From Nitrospirota bacterium (GTDB lineage: Bacteria; Nitrospirota; Nitrospiria; 2-01-FULL-66-17), in NCBI GenBank assembly GCA_049325335.1, contig JBMOMC010000006.1, positions 96,001-160,000 of the forward strand: 64,000 bases of DNA. Direction: 5' to 3'. Positions 11,912 through 20,268 of this stretch are shown here, piece by piece. The position numbers and the translations under genes are program-made. Under the pieces are notes generated by a model. The model was not told where the DNA came from, ran no database searches, and saw only the letters and a list, made by a program, of their open reading frames with translations. Position 1 is the stretch's first letter. Each line of letters starts with the position of its first letter.

Positions 11912-12871
11912 ATGCTGTCATCTCGGATCATCGCAATCGCCGCGGTGGTCGGCCTTCTGGCCTCAACGGCCGGCTCCGCCTCCGCAGCACTCAAGATCGT
12001 CACCTCGTTTCCGCAGGATGCCTCGATCGCCAAGGCGATCGGCGGGGAGCGTGTCGAGGTGGTAAGCCTCACGACGGGCGTCCAGAACCCTCACGCGGTG
12101 GATCCCAAACCGTCCTTTGCGATTCACCTGAACAAGGCCGACCTGCTGATCGTCAACGGCCAGAACATGGAGATGGCGTGGTTACCCATCGCCCTCACAA
12201 CCAGCCGGAACCCCAAGATTCTTGAAGGCGCGGACGGCTACCTGGATCCGTCACAAGGGATTACGTTCATCCCCTACTCGCAGGACGAACTCCAGGCCAC
12301 GCCGTTTTTTTCACTGAACCTGATCGTCGGCGATCCGACCAAGACGGGGAATCACCACTACTGGCTGGATCCGGAAAATGGCTTGGTTGTGGCGAAGAAC
12401 ATTCATGACAAGTTGGTCGCAATGGACCCAGACGGCGCCGAGATCTACACCGCGAATTACGAAGCGTTCACGGCAAAGCTCAAGGCGAAGATCACCGAAT
12501 GGGATCGGATGATGGCGCCGTTCAAGGGAATGAAAATTGTGAGCTATCACCGTGACTGGATCTACCTCACGAAGCGCCACGGATTGGCTCTGTTCGCATA
12601 CATCGAGCCGCGCGAGACGATTCCGCCGAGCGCGGGTGAGGTCGCGGCGCTGATCAAAAAGATGAAAGACAAGCACGTCCCCGTCGTCCTGGTGTCGCCG
12701 TGGCAGCCCCAGAAGATCTCGAAGGAGATCGCTCAACAGACGGGAGCCCACTTCGTGTCGCTGCCATCCACGGTCGATGAGCGGTTTGGCGCGAAGGATT
12801 ACATCGGGCTGTTCGACGTGATCTACGGCGACCTGACCAAGGCGCTCACCGATGCGAACCCTGGGCGTTGA
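11912..12871 (+). CDS. znuA: Zn/Mn ABC transporter substrate-binding protein (ZnuA-like, cluster A-I)
   Basis: NPHAVDPKPS, GNHHYWLDP and YH metal ligands. Confidence 0.88.
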   Translation: MLSSRIIAIAAVVGLLASTAGSASAALKIVTSFPQDASIAKAIGGERVEVVSLTTGVQNPHAVDPKPSFAIHLNKADLLIVNGQNMEMAWLPIALTTSRNPKILEGADGYLDPSQGITFIPYSQDELQATPFFSLNLIVGDPTKTGNHHYWLDPENGLVVAKNIHDKLVAMDPDGAEIYTANYEAFTAKLKAKITEWDRMMAPFKGMKIVSYHRDWIYLTKRHGLALFAYIEPRETIPPSAGEVAALIKKMKDKHVPVVLVSPWQPQKISKEIAQQTGAHFVSLPSTVDERFGAKDYIGLFDVIYGDLTKALTDANPGR

Positions 12872-12900
12872 TCTGCCCCCTCGGCTCTGAAGCCACGAGT

Positions 12901-13677
12901 ATGACGACGCAGATCCAAGCCGAACATCTGGCGATCGGCTATCACGGGAGAGCGATCCTCACGGACATTTCCCTGAAGATCGCTCCGGGCTCGTTCTGGG
13001 GCATCGTCGGCCCGAACGGGTCGGGCAAGACTACGTTGGTGAAGACGCTGGCCGGCATCTTGCCTTCTATTGGCGGACGGCTTGATCGCTCGCCGGAGCT
13101 CCGTTTTGGCTACGTGCCACAGCGCAACAATCTGGACGATATCTTTCCGCTCACGGTCTTGGACGTCGTGCTCATGGGGCGGTTCCCCAGGCTCGGCGTG
13201 GGGCGGCGGGTCAGGAAGGCCGACCGCGACCTGGCGCTGGATTACATGCGCCAAGTCGCGGTCGATCACCTCTCCGACCGACCGTTCCGGATCTTGTCCG
13301 GCGGCCAAAAACAGCGCGCACTGATCGCACGAGCCCTCACGTTCGAACCTGACGTCTTGGTGTTCGACGAACCCACGACTGGGATGGACCTGTCGGGTGA
13401 GCTGGAGATGATGCAATTGATCCTTGAACTGCATCAGCGGTCGGGGCGCACCGTGTTGATGATCACGCACGATTTGAATCTGATTGCCAACTATGCCGAA
13501 TCATTGATCGTGGTCCACGAGGAGCAGGTGATGACGGGGGAGGTCTCGCAGATCATGCGCGACGAGACGTTGGGGCGGATCTATCGCCAGAACATCCACG
13601 TCCACAGCATCCACGGCCGCACGCACGTCTTCGTGCATGGTCACGGCCGACACGACCGTTCGCGAGGGCGCGGGTGA
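12901..13677 (+). CDS. znuC: Metal ABC transporter ATP-binding protein (ZnuC-like)
   Basis: GPNGSGKTT, YVPQ, LSGGQKQR, DEPT; His-rich tail. Confidence 0.9.
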   Translation: MTTQIQAEHLAIGYHGRAILTDISLKIAPGSFWGIVGPNGSGKTTLVKTLAGILPSIGGRLDRSPELRFGYVPQRNNLDDIFPLTVLDVVLMGRFPRLGVGRRVRKADRDLALDYMRQVAVDHLSDRPFRILSGGQKQRALIARALTFEPDVLVFDEPTTGMDLSGELEMMQLILELHQRSGRTVLMITHDLNLIANYAESLIVVHEEQVMTGEVSQIMRDETLGRIYRQNIHVHSIHGRTHVFVHGHGRHDRSRGRG

Positions 13678-14516
13678 GTATTTGGGAGGCCCTGCCGATC
13701 CTCCAGAATGGTCTGGCGGCGTGTGTGATCACCGCGCTGGTCTGCTCGTTCCTCGGCGTATACGTGGTGTTGAAGCGCGTGGTGTTCGTGACAGCCGCCC
13801 TGTCGCAGACCGCCTCTTTGGGAATCGCGGGCGCGATGTTCCTGGGAGCGATGATCGGCGGCACCGGGCCAGACCACATCGGTTCGGTTTGGCCAATCGT
13901 CGCCGCGGTGGCCGCGAGTTGCGGACTGGCCGCCGTCCTGGCGTTCCAGCACGCCGAGCGTCGCCTCACGCGCGAGAGTCTGTTGGGCGTGGGCTATATC
14001 GTGCCCTCGGGCATTGCCTTACTGTTACTGGACTACGTCGGGGGCGCGACGCACGACATCGAGAACCTGCTGTTCGGGAACGCGGTGTTTGTCTCGACGG
14101 CACAGGTGCTGGTATTGGCGCTCGTGGCCGCGGTGGTCCTGGGTGTACACGCGTTGTTGTACAAAGAGTTTGTGTTTGTGGCGTTCGACCTGGAGACGGC
14201 GAAGGCGTCAGGAATGCGCACGGGGGCGCTCAACCAGGCGCTGTTTGCGTCGATCGGGCTGACGATCGCGGTGACGATCAGCTCGGTGGGCGCGTTGCCG
14301 GTGTTCGCGTTTATGGTCGTCCCGTCCGCCGCGGCGCTGCTGCTGACCCGCCGGCTCGCGCAAACCTTCGTGCTGTCCGCGGCCATCGGGGTGGCCGCCG
14401 CGCTGATCGGATTTTATGCCTCATTTCAATGGAGGCTGCCCACTGGCCCCGCGATGATCGCCGTCGCGTCCGCGTTTCTCGTACCCGGCGTGCTGGCGAG
14501 GAGGCGCAGCGGATGA
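13674..14516 (+). CDS. znuB: Metal ABC transporter permease (ZnuB-like, ABC-3)
   Basis: LGVYVVLKR, LLFG, AFD..AKASG, PTGP motifs; multiple TM helices. Confidence 0.9.
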   Translation: MSIWEALPILQNGLAACVITALVCSFLGVYVVLKRVVFVTAALSQTASLGIAGAMFLGAMIGGTGPDHIGSVWPIVAAVAASCGLAAVLAFQHAERRLTRESLLGVGYIVPSGIALLLLDYVGGATHDIENLLFGNAVFVSTAQVLVLALVAAVVLGVHALLYKEFVFVAFDLETAKASGMRTGALNQALFASIGLTIAVTISSVGALPVFAFMVVPSAAALLLTRRLAQTFVLSAAIGVAAALIGFYASFQWRLPTGPAMIAVASAFLVPGVLARRRSG

Positions 14517-14817
14517 AAGAGCGAAATCCACATGTTTGGTATACAGCCATCACGGTGTTCATCCACAGACCAGGAGCTTCTTGCGACGGCCTTGCGAGTG
14601 AGCCGATTGTGTAGTGGCTCTCTCTGACGTATCGGCGCGATCGCTGCGGCATGACGACTGGCTCGCCCCTGAGAACGCTCACCCGTCTTTTCCCCACGTC
14701 GCCACCTAAACGCCCCTGTTCTAAGTCGCCAGAATCAGCGACTCCTTGACCGTATCCGGTGCCTCGGTGGAGGTCCGCTGAAGCGTAGGCTTGCTTCCAA
14801 AACAGGGGAGGCACCGT

Positions 14818-15819
14818 ATGGGAAGGGGCACCGTCTGGCTGTTCGCCGGGGCGGCGATCGTCTTGCTACTCATGGTCGAGGCTGGCAGTGTGATGGCCTG
14901 CCCTGGCCGCGTCTTCAATCCTGTCACCGACGTGGACTGGATGGGCGTGTTCCCGATCAAGATCGGCGGGATGACGGTTGCGAGCTTTGATGCCGAGGAC
15001 ACCGAGACGGTCGGCACGTCTCCCATCTGTTTCTGCTCCGACCGCCCCCCTCCGCTCAACGCGCTCCCCGGGATTCCCGTCTCCTTCTGGGAGCCGGTCC
15101 GCCTGATCGAAGTCGTGCGCGATCCATACTGCTTTCCCTCGCTCGGCGGCATGGACCTCTCGCCCACGATCCAAGGTTTCGGCGCCAACTCCGGGACGCA
15201 GGCGACCGACGAGCACCACGCGTTCTATCAGGTGCACTACTACACGTACCCCTTATTTGCGCTCCTGGAACTCGTGCTCGATTTCGGCTGCCTGGAGAAC
15301 ACCGCGTTCGATCTCGCGTACGTCACCGAGTTGGATCCGCTCTGGAACGTCCCGGAACTCGCCGCGCTGCTGACGCCCGAGACGTTTCTCTTCGCCAGTC
15401 CCGCCTCGATCGCAGCGTGTGCGGCCGACTGCGCCGCGGCTACCGCGGGCTTTCCACTCGATGGCCTCTTCTGGTGCGAGGGGTGCTGGGGCGGGGTGTA
15501 TCCACTCAACGGTGCGCTCTCGGCCGGGAATGTGAGTCCACAGCAGGCCTCGGTCCTCGTTGCGAGCCGGATGTTGTTCAAGCTCCATCGGGAGGGCTTG
15601 CTTTGGGGCACGGTCGGGGCTGATGGGCTTTGCCGGAAGTACCCCATGCCGATCATGCGCAAGAGCCAGTACAAGCTGCAGCTCGCGTACCCCAAGCGGG
15701 GGCGGGTGTTTCCCCTCGGACGAAGCGATCTGGCGTGGGGCGTGGGGGCGTCGTTTCCGGTCGCGGGGGAGGATTTTGTGTACGTGGTGTGGAGGAAGCG
15801 TGACTGCTGCGTGTTGTAG
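14818..15819 (+). CDS. traU: Conjugal transfer protein TraU
   Basis: CPGRVFNPVTDVDW, SFWEPVRLIEVVRDPYCFP, GEDFVYVVWRKRDCC. Confidence 0.95.
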   Translation: MGRGTVWLFAGAAIVLLLMVEAGSVMACPGRVFNPVTDVDWMGVFPIKIGGMTVASFDAEDTETVGTSPICFCSDRPPPLNALPGIPVSFWEPVRLIEVVRDPYCFPSLGGMDLSPTIQGFGANSGTQATDEHHAFYQVHYYTYPLFALLELVLDFGCLENTAFDLAYVTELDPLWNVPELAALLTPETFLFASPASIAACAADCAAATAGFPLDGLFWCEGCWGGVYPLNGALSAGNVSPQQASVLVASRMLFKLHREGLLWGTVGADGLCRKYPMPIMRKSQYKLQLAYPKRGRVFPLGRSDLAWGVGASFPVAGEDFVYVVWRKRDCCVL

Positions 15820-16276
15820 GGTGGGGCTCGCGCTCTGGGCTTCGGTCCTCATCGCACCATCTTCCGCACTGGCTGCGGAGCGGCTTTATTACTTCTGGTC
15901 GTTCTCGATGCCGGAGGCGAGTCTCAAGTCCGCCTTGGCGGACGGGGATAAGGTCGGGCTAATCGCCGTGCTGCGCGGGCTCCCAGAAGGGTCGGCCAAG
16001 ACCTCGCTCGGCCGCCTCAAGCGCCTGTTAGGGAATCATAAGACCGAGGTCCTCATCGAGCCGCGTCTCTTCACGCTGTACGGCATCACCGGGGTTCCGT
16101 CTCTTGTCTACGCCGAAGGCGTCGATGCCTTGTGTGAGTCCTGCGCGCCGGTACCGCACCACGCGATCGTGACCGGAGACGTACCGCTCGGCACAGCCCT
16201 CGAATATTTGGCCCGTGAGGCACCTTCGGTCGAGCGATTTCTCGCCAAGCTCCGCGAGGGATTCTATGCGCGGTGA
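15800..16276 (+). CDS. trbC: F-type pilin assembly protein TrbC
   Basis: FWSFSMPEASL, VLRG, IEPRLF..YGITGVP, GDVPL..ALE; lies between traU and traN; start uncertain. Confidence 0.85.
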   Translation: MTAACCRVGLALWASVLIAPSSALAAERLYYFWSFSMPEASLKSALADGDKVGLIAVLRGLPEGSAKTSLGRLKRLLGNHKTEVLIEPRLFTLYGITGVPSLVYAEGVDALCESCAPVPHHAIVTGDVPLGTALEYLAREAPSVERFLAKLREGFYAR

Positions 16277-18164
16277 CGTGCGTGTCATTATGAGGTGGAT
16301 CGCAGCCGTCGTGCTGCTGTGTCTTCCACTTCCGGCCTGGGCGCAAAGCACGACATTCGACCAGGCGATTCAAGAAGGCCAGGCCTTCGGTCACGCCCAG
16401 CCGCAAGGCCAGGACGCCGCAAGCGGGCTGATCGATAGCGCGATCCAGAACCAGACGATTCCCGGCCTCACACCGCAAAGTCAATCCGACGCGGCCGCGC
16501 AGGGCAGCTTCTACCTCGACAATCCGAGCCAGCTCGACCTCCAGGGGCAGGGCGCGCTGTCCACGACCGAAGGTGGCTTGTTCCTCGGCCAGTCGTACAA
16601 CCTCCGGTCGCGGTCGGTGATCGTGCCGGACGATCCCATCATCACGGGCAGCCAGCAGGCCGCGAGCGGCACAGGGGGCTGCATTACGCAGCGCGTCTGC
16701 ACGGAGCCCACGAGTGAGGTGGTGAGCACCACGCAGCCGGTGACGTGCTCGATCGAGTACGCGGAGACGGGCGGCCAGTGTACCTATCCGCTTCCTCAGC
16801 CGGGGATCGTATCCGGAAGTGGGAACTCGGCGGTTTGCACCGATCACTATCTCTATGGGCGGGTGTTTCAGCCCGATGCCAGCACGGTCAACGTCCAGGT
16901 TCTGGACACCTCACCAAGCGGGTCCCCGCACTGGAACTGCGGTGGATCTGGATCGGGCCGCGGGGCCGGTGACTGGCACACGCTTGGCACGATGACGCTG
17001 CCGGTTCCGGCGGTTGGGATGGAGGTGTGTTTCTCCACGGTGGGTTCCGGGTGCAGCGGCACCAGCAACGTCTGTGTGTCGGGCGTCGGACAGACCGTGA
17101 ACCTTGCCTCGTGCCCTCCGAGCGGGGCACAGTCCGTCCGCGTCTCGTACACCGCAACGATCAGCACCACGCCGCCACCCCTCGACCCCGCGACGGTGCA
17201 GGCTGCATGCGGCGCGTATCTCAATGACCGCTGTGCCCAGGTCAACGAGCAGTGCACTGCGGCCGATTGCACGCGCTCGTACGTCTGTGTCGATACGAGC
17301 CAGGTAGTCGACGGCTGTGCGACGTACCGGAGCCAGGGCTGCACGCTGCAATCCAGCGCTTGCTCACTGACCAGTACCTACGGCCTATGCCTTGCGCAAC
17401 AAGAGACTTACGCCTGCACGACGCAGACGATCCAGGAAGGGTGCGCGCAGGAGAGCGTGCAGGTGATGTGTCCGGGCAGTCCGACTGGGATCAGATGTCT
17501 GGATCCGAACGACTGTGCGGATACGACCTCCGTCCCCAGCACCGACATGGCGCTGGCGACAAGCCACATGGCCAGCCTCAACGCGATCGAGGACGACCAT
17601 ACCGCCGATCCCCTCGTCATCTTTTCCGGCAGCGGGGAGAGTTGCCGGCGAACGATCGGAAGCGGGATCACGCGCGACTGCTGCGCGCTGGACACCGCCT
17701 TGCTGGGATGCAACGCCAACGAGGAGTTGCTGCAGACCCATCGGCAGAACGGCCAGTGCGTGCAGATCGGCACCTACTGCAGCCGCGACGTCAGTCTGCT
17801 CTTCGGGAGCGTGTGCGTCGAGCACACCACGAGCTTCTGCTGCTTCTCCTCGAAGCTTACGCGGATCATCCAGGAGCAGGGGCGGCCACAGCTCGGGATC
17901 AGGTGGGGGAGCGCCCAGAGTCCGGATTGCCGTGGGTTCACGCCCGAGGAGCTGCAACGGATCAACTTCCAGGCCATCGACTTCAGCGAGTACTCGTCCA
18001 CGATCGTCGCCAATCCCCCGGATCCCGCGCAGTTGAGTAGCCAAGCGCAGGGCTCTCCCGCACTCACACCTGATCCGAGCGCTGTGCCGGCACCATCGAG
18101 CGGCATCAGCAACACGCAGGTCCAGCAGGACCTCGACCAGTTCTTCCAGACGCACACGCCATGA
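16266..18164 (+). CDS. traN: Mating-pair stabilisation protein TraN
   Basis: Cys-rich; IFSG..ESC, IGTYCS, SFCCFSSKLTRIIQEQGRPQL, PDCRGFTPEELQ.I.F..IDFSE. Confidence 0.93.
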   Translation: MRGDVRVIMRWIAAVVLLCLPLPAWAQSTTFDQAIQEGQAFGHAQPQGQDAASGLIDSAIQNQTIPGLTPQSQSDAAAQGSFYLDNPSQLDLQGQGALSTTEGGLFLGQSYNLRSRSVIVPDDPIITGSQQAASGTGGCITQRVCTEPTSEVVSTTQPVTCSIEYAETGGQCTYPLPQPGIVSGSGNSAVCTDHYLYGRVFQPDASTVNVQVLDTSPSGSPHWNCGGSGSGRGAGDWHTLGTMTLPVPAVGMEVCFSTVGSGCSGTSNVCVSGVGQTVNLASCPPSGAQSVRVSYTATISTTPPPLDPATVQAACGAYLNDRCAQVNEQCTAADCTRSYVCVDTSQVVDGCATYRSQGCTLQSSACSLTSTYGLCLAQQETYACTTQTIQEGCAQESVQVMCPGSPTGIRCLDPNDCADTTSVPSTDMALATSHMASLNAIEDDHTADPLVIFSGSGESCRRTIGSGITRDCCALDTALLGCNANEELLQTHRQNGQCVQIGTYCSRDVSLLFGSVCVEHTTSFCCFSSKLTRIIQEQGRPQLGIRWGSAQSPDCRGFTPEELQRINFQAIDFSEYSSTIVANPPDPAQLSSQAQGSPALTPDPSAVPAPSSGISNTQVQQDLDQFFQTHTP

Positions 18165-19012
18165 GAACCGTGATGCTCGGCGTCGCAGTTGTGATGGCAA
18201 TGTCGCAGCCGGTCAAGGCCGAGTCCGGCGTGTTCTTCGACGGCAGCCGCGATGGTTGGTTCTGGTATCTGGAGCATCGCTCGGTTCCACCATCGAAGAA
18301 GCCGGCGCAGCCGCCGTTACCTCCGACCGTGAAAGCGATGCGGGAGCGCGCCGAGGAACTGCTCGCCCGGGCGATCGAGACGCCGACCGAGGCGCGGGTG
18401 GCGGCCTACATGGCCTATCAGCAGCAACTCACGCGCCGGTCGGAAGAGTTCGCGCGGGTGTGGCAGCGCGTGCTGTGGCAGCAGCCGGAACTGGACCCCA
18501 CCGTGGCCGATCCCGTCACCGCGGCCGCATTGTCGCCGATCCAAGCGGATCGCGTCAGGCGGCAAGACGCCGCGCTCGCGGACCTCGCCCGGACCGCGGG
18601 GCTGTTCTATTTCTTCTCCGGGAGCTGCTCGCTCTGCGAGGTCCAGTCGCCGATCCTGGCGGCCTTTGCGGAGGCGTATGGCTTTCGCGTGATCGCGGTC
18701 AGTCTGGACGGCGCGCCGGATCCGTTGTTCGCGCAGGCCAAGGTGGACCGTGGGGCGGCGGAGAAGCTCGGGGTGACGCAGGTCCCGGCGGTCTTTCTGG
18801 CCAGACCGCCGTCCGAGGTGCGGCGCGTGGGGACCGGCCTGCTGACCATGGAGGAACTGAGTCGGCGCATTGTGCGCCTGAGCGAAGCGAGTGAGGAGAA
18901 CAATGAAGAGGACATCGATGACGCGCTGGCTGCAATGGCCGATGATCGGGATGCTCTGCGGGCTTCTGTGGAGCGCGCCGGCGTGGGCCGATCTGCAGCA
19001 GCAACTGAATGA
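18161..19012 (+). CDS. traF: Conjugal transfer protein TraF (thioredoxin-like)
   Basis: GWFWY, PELD, FFSGSCSLC..Q.P, VSLDG, GVTQVPA. Confidence 0.92.
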   Translation: MRTVMLGVAVVMAMSQPVKAESGVFFDGSRDGWFWYLEHRSVPPSKKPAQPPLPPTVKAMRERAEELLARAIETPTEARVAAYMAYQQQLTRRSEEFARVWQRVLWQQPELDPTVADPVTAAALSPIQADRVRRQDAALADLARTAGLFYFFSGSCSLCEVQSPILAAFAEAYGFRVIAVSLDGAPDPLFAQAKVDRGAAEKLGVTQVPAVFLARPPSEVRRVGTGLLTMEELSRRIVRLSEASEENNEEDIDDALAAMADDRDALRASVERAGVGRSAAATE

Positions 19013-20267
19013 CCTTGCGGATTCGCTGGGCGTGATGACCGCAACCACGACGCCGGGGGCGTACGAGGGCCAGACCCGCGGCTATCTCACGGGTGGCGGT
19101 ATGTCGCTGCGGTTTCCGCAAGCGTCGCTGGATCTAGCCTCGATCAATCTTCCGAAAGTGCGGGCCGGTTGCGAAGGGATCGATCTCTATCTGGGCGCGT
19201 TCTCGTATATCAATACCGACCAACTCATCGCCAAGCTCAGGGCGATCGGGAGCGCATCGCTGGGCTATGCCTTCCAGCTCGCCCTGGAGGCGATCTCGCC
19301 GCAGATCTCGGGGATCATCAAGCACTTCGAGAACGTGACCGAACGGATCAATAACCTCAATCTCTCGTCGTGCCAGGCCGCCCGGGCGCTGGTGGATGCC
19401 ACGGGCTTGCCGGAGAAGATCCGTTCTTCACAGATCGGACGATGCACCGGGTCGCGCACGGCCTCTGGGGCGAGCCCGGACTACAGTGCCGCTCGCCAGG
19501 CGTGCGCCGCCGACCCGAGCACCGGTGTGGTGGGCGATGCCGAGGACCAGGCCCAGGGCAGGCGGGATCGTAACTACCTCTGGGAGGCGCTGAGTAACCT
19601 CAGTGGCGTGGATGAGCCGTCGCGAGAATTGATCCTCTCGACACTGGGTACTGTGGTCGCCGTGAATGACCAGGTCATCTCGTGGCAGCCGATCGTCTCC
19701 TTCGATCAGTTCGTCGATGGCGGGAACATCACGCGCTACGACTGCACCGGCGACTGCCTCGTGCAGGCGACCGTTTCCGAGCCAACTGCCACGGGCCTGA
19801 CGGAACTGGTTCGCCAGCGCATGGAAGGCATCCTGGACCAGGTGCGCACAAGACAGGCGTTGAGCGCGGCCAATATCAACTTCGTCTCAGCGGCTCCCTT
19901 GCCGCTCTATCGGATGGTCAACGCGCTCTCGACCCTCACGCCCGCGGTGGCGGACAGCTACCTCGCGCAATGGGCCGAGCCGTTGGCCCTACTCATGGCC
20001 CAACACTGGGTGGACACCACGGCGCGGCAGGCCCGGCGCGCGCTTTCCGTCGCGAAGGTCGAGAGCGCGGTGCAGGAGGCGATCGAGCGGCAGATCGCTG
20101 AGACGCAGGAGGACATCCGGACGCGCGTTCAGCGCACGCGCTTTGTGATGGACTCGATCCGCGTGGAAGTCGAGATGCTCGAGCGGGTGGAGCGGGCGAT
20201 GATGCGCAATCTGTCCGCGCATGGACTCGAAGCAGCTTACCAATTCAGCCGCACGCCAGGGCCTTAA
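18903..20267 (+). CDS. traH: Conjugal transfer protein TraH
   Basis: TTPGAYEGQTRGYLTGG, RAGCEGIDLYLGAFSYIN, NLSSCQAA. Confidence 0.95.
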   Translation: MKRTSMTRWLQWPMIGMLCGLLWSAPAWADLQQQLNDLADSLGVMTATTTPGAYEGQTRGYLTGGGMSLRFPQASLDLASINLPKVRAGCEGIDLYLGAFSYINTDQLIAKLRAIGSASLGYAFQLALEAISPQISGIIKHFENVTERINNLNLSSCQAARALVDATGLPEKIRSSQIGRCTGSRTASGASPDYSAARQACAADPSTGVVGDAEDQAQGRRDRNYLWEALSNLSGVDEPSRELILSTLGTVVAVNDQVISWQPIVSFDQFVDGGNITRYDCTGDCLVQATVSEPTATGLTELVRQRMEGILDQVRTRQALSAANINFVSAAPLPLYRMVNALSTLTPAVADSYLAQWAEPLALLMAQHWVDTTARQARRALSVAKVESAVQEAIERQIAETQEDIRTRVQRTRFVMDSIRVEVEMLERVERAMMRNLSAHGLEAAYQFSRTPGP

Positions 20268-20268
20268 G

